Positions 1 through 11,883 of a stretch of DNA of 38,058 nucleotides are shown here, in pieces. A program made the translations under genes and the position numbers. Source of the DNA: Azolla caroliniana (lineage: Eukaryota; Plantae; Polypodiophyta); assembly GCA_043228905.1 (NCBI GenBank), contig JBHGNT010000297.1:1-38058 (forward strand), in the 5' to 3' direction. How positions within the stretch are numbered: position 1 is the first letter of the stretch; each line of letters opens with the position of its first letter. Under the pieces are notes generated by a model, which did no database searches, had not been told where the DNA came from, and saw only the letters and a program-made list of their open reading frames with translations.

Positions 1-76
1 CAATCATCAAAATTAATAGTGAACTCCAAGTGGATGTTTTTCAGTTTTCTAGTACAATGTATTGATAGGGTGACTT

Positions 77-3000
77 TCAAGCATTAAATAGAGAGACCTC
101 CCCTAATATGTGCTCATGAACCTCTTGGGGGACCTTGTAGACAGTGTTGTATCCCTTAACCTTGTGCTTTGCTTGAGTCATATTGAATTTGATCGCAAGA
201 ATGGCATCAGCGTAGATTATTGCGATGGGTGCTTCTTTTAGTAATGCATATGTGTTCTTGCACTGCGGCAACTTTGCATAATAGTTTCCATACACGACAG
301 ACTCACCAACGTTGAAATTGTTGCCCCAACCATCCCTCACCACTTCTTTCAATAATGTCTTTCCTTGCTTGCACACCACAATGTAGTAGTCTTCTAAATC
401 TTCATTCTGAGAATATTTGAGCACTGCAAAATGATCTCCAACTTCCAATAAAACTTCCAAGTCTTGATTTTGGTTGTAGTATACAATATCGTTTGAATGC
501 ACATCCTCTTCAATATCATCTTGTAGTTCAGGCTCAAGCTTCTGCAGCTTCCAGGGCTCCACGATTGATAGGTTGATGCATTTATCCCAAGCTTCATCTA
601 GACACATGGAACAAAAGCATGATAAACTACGGAGTAACAATTGGGTTGTGTCCTTGCGGCTAAACCCTAACACACAATGGGTGCTGCGTGTCCCTTTCAC
701 GGTTTTACAACCATATGATTTAGTTCTATCGACCTCATCAGCGCGAACTTCAACAAACAATCTGTTCTTACCATCATTTGACATCTTCCATGTTAGCCAC
801 TGCACAACATCATGTGCATTTTGTAACTTAGCGCCATTATTATCCAACTGCTCACTTGTAAGGGCACGTTTGATCACAGCCCCCGCGCCATCATGCTCTC
901 CTTTTCCATGTCCAGACCCGTAGTAATTCCATTGCATACGAATATTGAATAAGGAGAAATACCTGCTTTGGTGAGTACAAGATGAGTACAATACTATGAG
1001 TACAACATGAGTAAATACTGATTTAGTACAATTCTCTTAAGGACGGACAATACTATGAGTACAAGATGAGTACTTTATATCCTCCTGTAAACACAACATA
1101 GTACAGATACAACACACAACATAGTACAATGTGTCTATGGAGAACCCTTCACATGGATTAAAACATAATTAGTACAATTCTCTTAAGGACTGACAATACT
1201 ATGAGTACAAGATGAGTACTTTACATCCTTTTGTAAACACAACATAGTACAGAACCAACACACAACATAGTACAATGTGTCTATGGAGAACACTTCACAT
1301 GGATTAAAAGTTACTTAGTACAACATAATACAAACAAAATTAGTATGCATGCATCCATTCACAAGTGCAAGATTCGAATAGTTAGAAACATAATTAGTAT
1401 GCATCGATGTGACTAGTACTGTTTGTTAATAGTTACAAACATAATTAGTATGCATCCACTAACACAAGATTTACTTCCTTACACATTGCATGATAAGTAT
1501 TAAACATATGGATTAAAAATTACCTGGCGATAAAGTAGAACGATCGTGCCGCCTTAAACTGCGAGGCAGCACCATCAGACCAAACCCAATGACGGTTAAA
1601 GGTTAACCCTAGAGAAAATAAATCTGCATGGTGAAGCTTAAAACAATGTTGAACAAATAGTGTATCATGCTTTTTATCATCTGAAATGTAAAATATTGAT
1701 TTCTTATGTAACTCACCGTCTTGCCTCCAATAGCAAATATGTACAAGTATTGTACATTGATCATTGTACCAATGCATTGATTGAACCTCATTTTGAACTT
1801 TAAATGTATAGTTTTCTGCAAAATCAATAACGGATACAATGACACCCGTTGGTAAGTTATTAATACATTCCTTGAACTGTGAATTTTGCCAATAACTCCG
1901 GAAGTTATGTGGAATAAACTCCCCAAGTTGTTTCTTAAATTCTGAGACAAGGGTAGCAGCACATGTCTCCTTATATACTTCCTTGATACGCTTAGTTACA
2001 ACTCCCTTGCCAATATTTTCAGTCACATACTCCAAATATTTCCATTTCACGATATGACTATTTCCCATATCAAGCTCCTGCCTACAAAATAATGGTAGCG
2101 GACAAACCTTACATGTTCTTAATAGACATGTACGACGATGCCACTCACACGATGGTTCTTTTTCACAAACACAAGACCTCCATAGCTCAGAAACGGATGC
2201 ATAAGTCATGTTTCGTGCATTACACCTATTATCCTCCCCATTTGGTCTACAAATCTCACAAGTGCAGACACATAATTCCCCATGTATACCCTTAGAATCA
2301 GTACGCATTGCATTCACAGAAACCCTTAACATGTCCATCTTCACATGGTACACACAACAACATGTATTCCTCTCATTTAATTTTCTAACATAAAATGGTT
2401 TCAAACCTTGGAACTTGCGGAATCCGACAGTCAAGCTTGGATGTTGGTCTTTAAAGTTCATGTACAATTCAGCCTACATCAACCAATATATATAGCAAAC
2501 ATTAATATACACTTGGTCAAAACACAAAGTTATGGAATGTGAATTGATATAAAAAAATGGAATACCTCTGTCATCTCCAAGAAGTGTCTAGGGTGAATCT
2601 GGTACTTACCCTGACTTATTCGTTGTCTACACACGTCCTTCTTATTTGGTGAGACACGCGTATTTTTGGCCCAAAATGAATCCACTTTCTCAATAATCTC
2701 TTGAGATAAGGCATCACATCGTCGTCTACGTCCCGACCCCAGCCACTTGAATTTGCTTGAGTGTATATTTCGGCGATGTTTCCTCAAGTTCCTTCTTTGA
2801 ATACCCAGGGCTAAGGCAACTTTAGTATCACTATATTTTTTTTCTCTCACACCATTCACAACCATGTGTAGGGCTGCCCTCTTTGCAGCAAGTTTGTCTA
2901 AGCTCTCTACACCTTTCACTAAGTCTAGGGATGACTTCATAGACTCCACAATCTCTTCTGAAACACATTGGTCCCTAAATTTTATTCTCTCCATGTCTTC

Positions 3001-3171
3001 ATTCAAACTTTGATGGTGTAACACTCTACAAATAATATCCCTACGATCCTCTTCACTAAATCTCTTCGTTATTTCTACCAAATAACGAACTATGTGAAGA
3101 ACCACTCGTCTCTTAGTCCTTTCAGATATGCATGAGTTACTTGACAACTCACTCTCGTTAGGAACCCCCAT
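77..3171 (-). CDS. DDD transposase, 3 exons (3171-2566, 2473-1524, 962-77), 813 aa, no stops or frameshifts
   Basis: GT-AG introns 2565-2474 (GAG|GTATTC...TGTAG|GCT) and 1523-963 (CAG|GTAATT...AGCAG|GTA) join three ORF-track ORFs in frame. Motifs: RRRCDALS, SPNKKD, LKPFYV...CCCVYH, VIDFAENY...QNEVQSMHW, WSDGAASQFK, YGSGHGKGEHDGAGAVIKR, RSLSCFCSMC. Start is taken as the first in-frame ATG (3171); an upstream coding exon is not excluded. Confidence 0.85.
1023..1320. repeat. Two tandem ~146-bp copies inside transposase intron 2, with AGTAC-rich flanking fragments
   Basis: AGTACAATTCTCTTAAGGAC at 1025 and 1171; TGTCTATGGAGAAC..CACATGGATTAAAA is repeated at the same period. Confidence 0.9.
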
Positions 3172-3225
3172 TCGGTCACTAGATTTATCCACAAAAATTA
3201 AGTGTCTTGCGAAAGTAGTTAATGT

Positions 3226-3866
3226 TATATAGACTCAACCAAGAAAACACAATCAAATGTTTTTAAATGTGGCCTGCAAAGTGAGAAATATTTTGTTTCA
3301 AACATTAGAATTACATATCAAATATGGCAAATGTCAATTCTAAAAATTTAGTACTAAAATATGAAGAAATGAAACATTTTAGTACTGAAAATGAAAAAAA
3401 TGGATGGAAGGAACCTCCAATGGTGGAGGGAGCGTGGATATATAGACTCAACCAAGAAAACACAATCAAATGTTTTTAAATGTGGCCTGCAAAGTGAGAA
3501 ATATTTTGTTTCAAACATTAGAATTACATATCAAATATGGCAAATGTCAATTCTAAAGATTTAGTACTGAAATATGAAGAAATGAAACATTTTAGTACTG
3601 AAAATGAAAAAAATGGATGGAAGGAACCTCCAATGGTGGAGGGAGCGTGGATATATAGACTCAACCAAGAAAACACAATCAAATGTTTTTAAATGTGGCC
3701 TGCAAAGTGAGAAATATTTTGTTTCAAACATTAGAATTACATATCAAATATGGCAAATGTCAATTCTAAAAATTTAGTACTGAAATATGAAGAAATGAAA
3801 CATTTTAGTACTGAAAATAAAAAAAAGGATGGAAGGAACCTCCAATGGTGGAGGGAGCGTTGGATA
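3226..3866. repeat. Three near-identical tandem 213-bp units upstream of the transposase
   Basis: AGACTCAACCAAGAAAACAC starts at 3231, 3444 and 3657. Confidence 0.95.
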
Positions 3867-4022
3867 TGCCGCCTCGATTTGGTGGAAGGAACCTCCAATG
3901 GTGGAGGGAGCGTGGATATGCAGCCTCGATTTGGTGGAAGGAACCTCCAATGGTGGAGGGAGCGTTGGATATGCCGCCTCGATTTGGTGGAAGGAACCTC
4001 CAATGCCGCCTCGATTTGGTGG
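3829..4022. repeat. ~52-bp GC-rich minisatellite (about 3.5 copies) derived from the end of the 213-bp unit
   Basis: GGAAGGAACCTCCAATGGTGGAGGGAGCGT(T)GGATATGC(C/A)GCCTCGATTTGGT is repeated. Confidence 0.9.
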
Positions 4023-4544
4023 AAAAAGCCCCAAATCACCACGACATCAACTGCAATCGGTGGAAGTACGAAAGTCGTTGTCAAAGAAGTGACTATTGGC
4101 TGCTACCTAAACCCTCAGAACAGTCTCTGTACCTCAACCGAAACCTAACAAAAACAGAAACCCTAAAAAAATCAGAAATCCTCAACTCAAACTCTCCAAC
4201 CAGACATGGATGTCTGAGATTTAGATTGAAGGAAAATCAGAAACGTGACATGGATGTCTGTGATGAAAAGCTCAGAGAGATAGAGGAAGAACAGTATGAG
4301 GGGAATCGCCAAAACGACGTGAGGGGAAAATAGCCCCCAAAATGGAAGAACATCTCCTCACGTGTTCCCCCCACTCCTTCTACAGTAAATGACACTTGTA
4401 CTACAGTCACCCCACTCTCCAAAATCGATTTTCTTTTTCTCTAATTTTTTTTCTGAATTATTCAGTACTAACAGTATTGAAAGTACTGACAATTTTTGTG
4501 GCCAAAAACAGTACTTTTTTGGTACCCCGTAGCGTGCTTCGACC

Positions 4545-4918
4545 CATTTAAAAAAGAATTGCCCCGCAAGATGTATTAAAGATCCTACAAAGGAGACTCT
4601 GGAAGGTCAGGATACCATAAGACATCAAAAGCTTCCCCCACCACGACCCGACAAGGCTGTGATGGAATGGCGAGTGGTGGAAAAAACCCATGTCCTTCGA
4701 AAAACATCTCTGGCACAAAATCCTCCATCGCCTATGAGCCCCAATCGCTTTGATCTACTACAAGAGCTCCCCCCCACAGATGAGCATTCCCTTAGTTCTT
4801 TCGTAAGCCCCAAGGAACGACCTAAGGTGACACCAGTTCTCGTTAAAGCTTACAAAATAGGGAAACGCAGACAAATAAGTCATGTAAAGACCCTAATAAG
4901 GAGCTTGAGTGGAACGAC

Positions 4919-4959
<41 letters not shown>

Positions 4960-5582
4960 ATGTAGAAGCAACAACCCAAGGCAGAAGTGTGAATGTCACG
5001 CCTCAAATCATAGTCGTCCCGGACACAAATGAGTGTGCTTCCTCTAGCCAAGACCTTGAACCACACCCACAAAACGCCTTGAAATGGCTAGGTATAGGGC
5101 TCAAGACAGTGGAAAAAATAAGGGTACATGTATCAGCGGTGCACAATAACGGAGTTCTAACGACCTCAATCTCTTTTCCGACTCAGGAAGATTGGTCGAA
5201 ATCCAAGATTAAAGATATGTTATGTAGTCAAGCAGCGTGCTTTGTAGCACAAATAAGAGATGAAGAGCTCATGAATGAACTAAAGCAACTTTGGCATAAC
5301 ACTGAATTCTGGTGCACCATGGATGAAGAGGACCCCCATCTTTGCCACATCCACCTGCGGACTATCATAAACACCCAACTAACTCCAACCTTTGTCTATT
5401 TCTATGAGAAGCATGAAGGGGAAATTGAAGCTCACAAGGTAGCCAACAAACTCCACTCATGGATGTGGACCACTATTCCATCCTTGGAAATGACTGAATG
5501 TCTAAATGGTGAGTGCTCCCCACTCACGACCTGCTGTACAAAGCACCAGGCACAACTGGCAACCTCCCACCCCATTCCATGA
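4545..5582 (+). pseudogene. LINE ORF1, 3' portion (split CCHC knuckle, poly-Pro, C-terminal domain)
   Basis: The frame of ORF 4659..5582 is open back to 4545 and reads HLKKNCP, the second half of a CX2CX4HX4C knuckle. Its stop TGA overlaps the ORF2 ATG. Confidence 0.8.
4920..4959. repeat. C40 homopolymer (poly-Pro in ORF1 frame)
   Basis: 40 consecutive C. Confidence 0.95.
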
Positions 5583-8500
5583 GTATGAAGATTATAACAT
5601 GGAACATGAAAGGACTCAGAAGTAAACTAGACCAGCAAAATAGATGGAAACTGAGAAGGGATCTTGAAGAATATTTACTAAGGAGTGGTGCTAACATCAT
5701 CATGTTGCAGGAACACCACCTCGATAGCACACAGTTAAAGGAAGTCGGAGACCTTCTACCAGGATCATGGCGAACGATTTGGGATCCAACAATTGGGGAG
5801 GATGGAAATCATGGTGGTATTTGCACTTTGATTTGGGAACATCTAGCTCAAGGCTTAATACACCAAGAATCACTTATACCTAGTAGGGCACATTTTTGCA
5901 CGCTGACCATCCAAGGGCAACGATGGAACTTCATGAATGTGTATGCTCCGAATAACAGAACAGAAAGAGCAACATTCTGGGACCGCATCCGTCTACAAGT
6001 AGTGGATGCGGAAGAGTGGTGCATTGGAGGGGATTTTAATATGATCGAATCCATTCATGATAGCTCCAACAACAACCCCATAGTTATACAAGGAAGGGAA
6101 CGCAAACAATGGGAGAAGCTATGTGTCCACCTTAACCTGCGAGACATCTGGCATTCTGCCAACTTCCAACGGAAAAGGGATTCTCTCCTATTCTCCCGAT
6201 CAGACGGGCGGAATAGTGGACCCACTCTATCTCGCATTGACCACATTTATGTGGGGGAGGCTTTAGAAGTGAAGGGAAGGTGGTGTCGCATAACTCCATG
6301 CACGACTTTCTCTGACCATTACCCGGTAGCTGGTCATTTTCAATTGCACCGAAAATGGGGCCCATTCCAGACTCGCATCCCACACACTACTTACACACTT
6401 ATAAACGTGAAGGACCAACTATCCAACCAATGGTCATTACCCGTCAATGGCTCATTAGCATCGGACAAACTGTTAGCTAAATTAACAAGAGCCTCTACTC
6501 TCCTACATGAGATTGTCAAGACCAGACGCAAGGATGCTCAGGAGACGCGACAGAGGACAAAATGGGGACTAATATCCTTACAACAACTCCAACAGAGATA
6601 CCCATCTTGTATTTGGACCGCAGGACAAGTCGCCACGGCCAAACAGGAACTTAGCATGGTAGAAAAGGCAATATATGACATGGAGTTTCATGGTAGCATG
6701 GCGCGATGGATTCGAGTAGGGGACAAAACCACAAAGGAATTCTTCCGCTCCAAAGGCCCGAGGCACGCTAGAACTGTGATGCGCAGCCTCAACCGGGAGG
6801 ATGGAACGACCATTGAGGATGGCGACGAAATGAGGAATATTGCCACAAGGTATTATAGCCGCCTACTTACCGAAGACATGATAGCTACATGGGAAGACAT
6901 AAGCGATGATATTATCCTCCAAAGTATACCCGAGAAAGTCACACCGGAAATGAATACCTGGCTCGTGCGTCCCCTATCAATCATTGAGATATGGGAGGCC
7001 CTCACTGATTTAGATGCCGAGACCTGCCCCGAAATTGACGGTCTCACCCCGCACTTTTTCACATGCCTTTGGGGCACTATTAAAGAAGACCTCCTCCAGG
7101 CATATGAGGAGATCATCACCTCTGGAAGCATGCCGGAGGAATTTGGACAGGGGATGATACATCTCATTCCTAAAAGTGGTGGGAATGCCAACGACACTCA
7201 CAAGTGGCGGCCCATTACTCTTCTCAATACTGTCTATAAGTTGCTCGCAAAAATCGTGGCACGCCATTTAACTCCACTTCTCCCTCAACTCATTCATCCG
7301 TCCCAGACAGGTTTCGTTAGAAATCGGAGCATCCTAGACAACCTCTTCTCATTTTGGGAAGCAGTAGCCCTCGCCAAGCAGACCAACAAGAAGGTAGCGG
7401 TGGTGCTACTAGATTTTGAGAAAGCATATGACAGGGTGTGCTGGAACTTTCTAGAAAGTGTGATGAAGAAACTCAGCTTTCAAGAGACATGGATCAAAGG
7501 CATTGCAGGATCATTTTATAGGAATGGCAGCAGTTGCGTTTCGTTGGCAGGTGAAAGGGGCCCCTTTTCCCGAATATCCCGCTCTGTACGACAGGGATGC
7601 CCACTAGCTCCATCCTTATTTCTATTATACGCCGAAACACTCTCTTGCTTTCTCAACTCACGGCATCTCAACCTACGTGGTCTTCCCATACCTCATTCTT
7701 ACCAAAGCATCCTGGATATAGAATTTGCAGATGACACAACAGTCTACCTGCAAGGGGACCTAGAAAACCTCCAAAAGCTAGAAAGTGGGCTAGTTTTATT
7801 TTGCAAGCGATCCAACGCCATGATCAATTGGCACAAATCCTGTGCAATATGGCTCTCTCAGGAAACACATCCGGCGTGGCACCCACACCTCGCATTCAAG
7901 TGGATTAATCAAGGAGCGAGCACCAAATATTTGGGCTTTCAAATTGGTTTCAACATACCGCCGGAGACTATGATTGCACCTGTTATCCTTTCCATTCGAC
8001 AAAAGTTGATACATTGGAGCTCTAAAAAATTGTCGCTACCAGGTCGCATCATAGTGGCAAATCAGGTACTCCTCGCAACAGCATGGTACAGTCTATTAGG
8101 CTGGACAATCTCCAAGGAAAGTATACATCAGATTCAACGACTAGTTCGCAACTACATTTGGTCTGGTAAGGAAGACCATGTAGCTCGTGCCAAGGTGGCG
8201 TGGCCTATACTCACAACGCTTAAGTCGAGAGGGGGATTGGGTCTTATTGATCCCCTTTCACAATCGAAAGCCTTACTTGCCAAATTTGTGGTGCGAGGAC
8301 TCCAACCAGGAAATGATTGTTGGAAAATGCTACTCAGGTTACGTTTCGCTTACTTTAGGCCACGAAAAGGGCTCAATTGGGCCCCCCAAACGGGATGGAT
8401 CTCAAACCTAGTTTCTCCCGCCATTTGGAGGACAGATTCAGTGCATCCATGTGGAAGGCATGGTGTGACATTCGTCGAGAGCTCAGTCAACATATCCTAT

Positions 8501-9813
8501 GGAACCCATGTCTCAAGGATGAATTTTATCAACTACTGGGATCACGTAAGGGGTTGTCATGGGGATACATTGCAGAAGGTCCAGGCAAAAGTATAGAATG
8601 TTGGCGACGGTTTATGTCAATGCCACTACAAGATCAAGCGAATATACTCCATGGAATCAGGGGTGGATGGACTATGAGATCGGAAATCATTAATGCGCTA
8701 CTGATTAGGGAATCTGCTACTCAAAGGACGACAATGGAGAAATGGATAGGCCACGAGGAGGAGGGTTCTCTGATCCCGAGAGGTAGGGGATCACCAGACA
8801 GACTCGAAGGCCCTGAATTGCGAGACACTGAGACACCCACACAGAATAACGTCATTCGAGTACTCGCGTACACTGGTCATAAATCGATTGTAGATCCTGA
8901 TCCGATCAAAGTACAACCCGATTGGCATATATGTACTCATGAAAACACATGGCTACGTAAGGTCAGTTGGGACCCTTTGCAATGGACATGGAGTGATCCC
9001 TACGTGGGGCAAGGAAGCAAACCCATCCCTTTCTTCCAATTCACAACTAGATTGGGTCGCCACATTCTAGCTGCTCAAGCCGCCCGAGAATCGGCTACTG
9101 CGAAGATCTGGCACACATTTCAAGTTCCCTCCGCAATAATCACCAAGTTTTGGCAGAAAATCTGGAAGCAACAACACGCGAGGCGAATTACCACTTTCCA
9201 ATGGTTGTTAATACATAAGTCCCTACCGGTGGGAGCATGGCAACGTGGGAACCTTAGCTCTCCTAATTGTGTAGAGTACCCACATGCAATAGAATCCATA
9301 CAACACGCTCTGTGGGACTGCCCAATGTCCCATAGAATATGGCGGGGGGTTGGCTGCTTGTTGCAATTATGCCAGGTGCAAGATTCAATCAAGTGGGGAA
9401 ATATATGTTGGCTATCATGGCAAGCTGCAATTGGCCGATACGAGCATCAGGAGGAGGGGATGACTTTGGTGATAAAAGCATAAGAGGTCCTTTTCTCCTC
9501 CAACGGCAATGTCCACTCTATTCCTCTTAATGACAAATCTCAAGAGGTGTTGGAATTGGTCAGCCCAATAACCCTTTGGATTCTATGGAAACAACGATGT
9601 AGGTGAGTCTTCTCCAACCAAACCGCCAATCAAACTAGGTTACTACAAGAGATATGGAGTGAAATTATAGCCACTCTGAAGAGCCAATATGATGGCCTTA
9701 AAGGTGGCTCCGAGGTTGTCTTCATCCAACAATGGTTGTCTTCTCCCTTTCTTGAGTCAATGGGTTTCCACATTAGATAGAACTATCGCGTCCCTTTAGG
9801 GATTTGTACATAA
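5579..9813 (+). pseudogene. LINE-A ORF2 (APE endonuclease - reverse transcriptase - zf-RVT), disrupted in the C-terminal third
   Basis: ITWNMKGL, LQEH, NVYAPN, GGDFN, SRIDHIY, SDHYPV (EN); WRPITLLN, LDFEKAYDRV, RQGCPLAP, EFADD, KYLG (RT). Frameshift near 8380-8400 into ORF 8377..9483 (ESIQHALWDCP); further stops after 9481, including IR*NY where LINE-B has PRWNY. Confidence 0.92.
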
Positions 9814-11688
9814 TCGTCTCATTTGTAAAATTTTATAACTAATGGAAGGAGTTTTTTTTGGAATATATATATATATATTGTAACATTTAGAAAATGGTTA
9901 ATTATGCTCGAAGTTAAAATGTTGATTAAAACAATGGTCATTAGTGTTGAACAAATATGCACTAATTGTTAATGAATGACATTCATCCTTATTCAATTTA
10001 CATTCCTCATTACAAATCAAGATCATTAGGTCATATTATACAAATTGAGTGATGATAAAGATAAGGACACGCTAGTTAGCAAAGAAATAATGTAATGAAT
10101 ACATGATTAGTGGATGCCCATTTAAAAACATCGACGTACTTTTCACAAGGGAATCTTTTGATGGTACCCTTGATAGTGCTAACAAGAGGAGTGCTTTTGA
10201 TATGTCATCAAACAAGGAGTGTACCCTCATGGGTGCATTTGATATTCCCCTCGATACTACTCCTAATACATTGTGGTGGTGCTTTTGATCATATTGTTGG
10301 TACTTATACAACGGGTTTGTTTGATATTCCCCCTAATTAAAATCACTCATCCATGCATTTGATAGTATTGTCAATACTTATACATGGGGTTTGTTTGATC
10401 CAATGGTATCCTTGCTTGCACAATTCGAAAACCTATAGGGAGATTCAGAGTCACAAGAGTCGGCACAAGCACAATTCCTCTCACTCTGGGCAACCACACC
10501 ATTGGTGGACTTCACATCATGATATCCAAAATGGTGCTTCCAGCCACCTCACTTGCTCTACCCCCTTTGGCATGCAAATCACCCATATTGCTTTCAATGA
10601 TATCAATGTCTAGCTGCGTTCAGAAGCTTTCTAGTTATGTCTTGATGCTTGTTGAAAAATAACATGTTTTGTAAGGAAATCGTTTGGTGTTACGTGGACA
10701 ACAATTACCCCACCTTTTTTATCTAAGGTGTCACAAAACGATAGCCAAATATATATGGAAGCGACCTAGAAATAGTAGAGTGTACATAGCCTGATTTGTA
10801 TACGCCTTGGTCATTTTCTTACAATAAAGAAAAGTAAATTCCTTATGCACAAATTTACTCTATTTTGCTTGAATTGCATAAGTTAAAGTGGTGAATGGAT
10901 ATCTACACTAAGATGTGTCAAAACAATATTGAATCCCTCCCTAAAAACACATATAGCATGAAACTTCGTCGTTATATAGAGGATAGCTCTTCCTCGATAA
11001 TGGACTCCTCCCAACAAACACAATGCATGTTGACATAAAAAGAAATATATCTAATCAAAGAAGGGTTCATAAAATATAGTTGAGAAGGAAGGGACATAAC
11101 GAAGAAATGTTCTTGAAACTTTGTTATTTTGTTCACTGTATGCTCTAAATATAAGGAAATCTTGTTAATGTACTAGCTTAGAATTTATATTATTATTCTC
11201 ATTGCTTAGCATGTTCAACTTGGATTCTTTGTTTTTCTTAAATATTTATTGAATAATGACTTTGATAGAAACGTGTGACAAAATATGTTGACGAATTATG
11301 GTCGGAAGAAAACCCTATGATAGGCCCAATGAGAACGATTCATTTTAGCTTAACTATTGGTTCATTGCATAATAAAGTCAAACCAAATGACAAAGACAAT
11401 TATAGAAAGAACCGATATTATTCACAAACATGAAAAGTTGTTTTTGTATTTTTTAACCTGTCGAGGCTAACGGCGGATGGTCTGAAACTTGGGAAAAGAC
11501 TACTAGGGGAGAATCTATCTTCCCATATAAGTGAGGAAATGATGCACATATTATCTACATATAAAGTGAGCTCTAGTCCTAGGCTCCTAGCTCTATACAT
11601 AAACAAATAAAACTTGGGGGGAGGGCTATGAGTGTGTCCTTTATTATTAATCATGGATCATATCAATAATTAAGGCCATGATAGCCAT

Positions 11689-11695
11689 TATATAA
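11689..11695 (+). promoter_or_regulatory. Probable TATA box of SAUR1 (equivalents at 18592 and 26943; lost in the SAUR4 pseudogene)
   Basis: TATATAA followed about 30 bp later by a CT-rich tract, about 190 bp before the ATG; position conserved in copies 1-3. Confidence 0.6.
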
Positions 11696-11883
11696 GTTGC
11701 TCACACATTTATTAATTGCAACCTCTCTCTCTCCTGTGTTTCCTAACCTTATTTTCAGGACAAGTTATACAATCTATATTGTTTGGGTCTAAGAGGCCAC
11801 ATTCACTTGTTTAGAAACGTTAATACGGTTCATTGTCATCTTCTATCCACTCCAAGCAAGAGACCGTCAAAGTGTACTCACAA

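Larger units (their letters stand above)
1..4545 (-). mobile_element. Sola-like (probably Sola2) cut-and-paste DNA transposon; other end lies outside the window
   Basis: Contains a spliced DDD transposase. The terminus at 4545 reads 5'-GGGTCGAAGCACGCTACGGGGTACC on the minus strand with AGTACT-rich subterminal DNA. It is followed by ATTT (candidate 4-bp TSD) and an abrupt switch into LINE ORF1 coding sequence. The family call is from recalled motifs, not a search. Confidence 0.75.
4546..9878 (+). mobile_element. L1/Tx1-clade LINE (LINE-A), interrupted in ORF1 by the DNA transposon; ends in an (AT)n tail
   Basis: ORF1 remnant plus ORF2 with APE endonuclease, RT and zf-RVT domains. The 3' end TAACTAATGGAAGGAGTTTTTTTTGGAA(TA)n abuts sequence whose paralog at 16777 has no LINE. 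Confidence 0.93.

Noticed and set aside
3829-4022. CRISPR-like appearance of short repeats (also 10150-10400)
   Set aside because: No constant repeat with unique spacers, no cas genes, eukaryotic context.
3737-4333. Several overlapping ORFs with repeated peptides
   Set aside because: They arise from the 213-bp and 52-bp tandem repeats; no domain signal.
10072-10613. Small ORFs conserved between units 1 and 2
   Set aside because: Conservation reflects near-identity of the duplication; one is frameshifted between copies.
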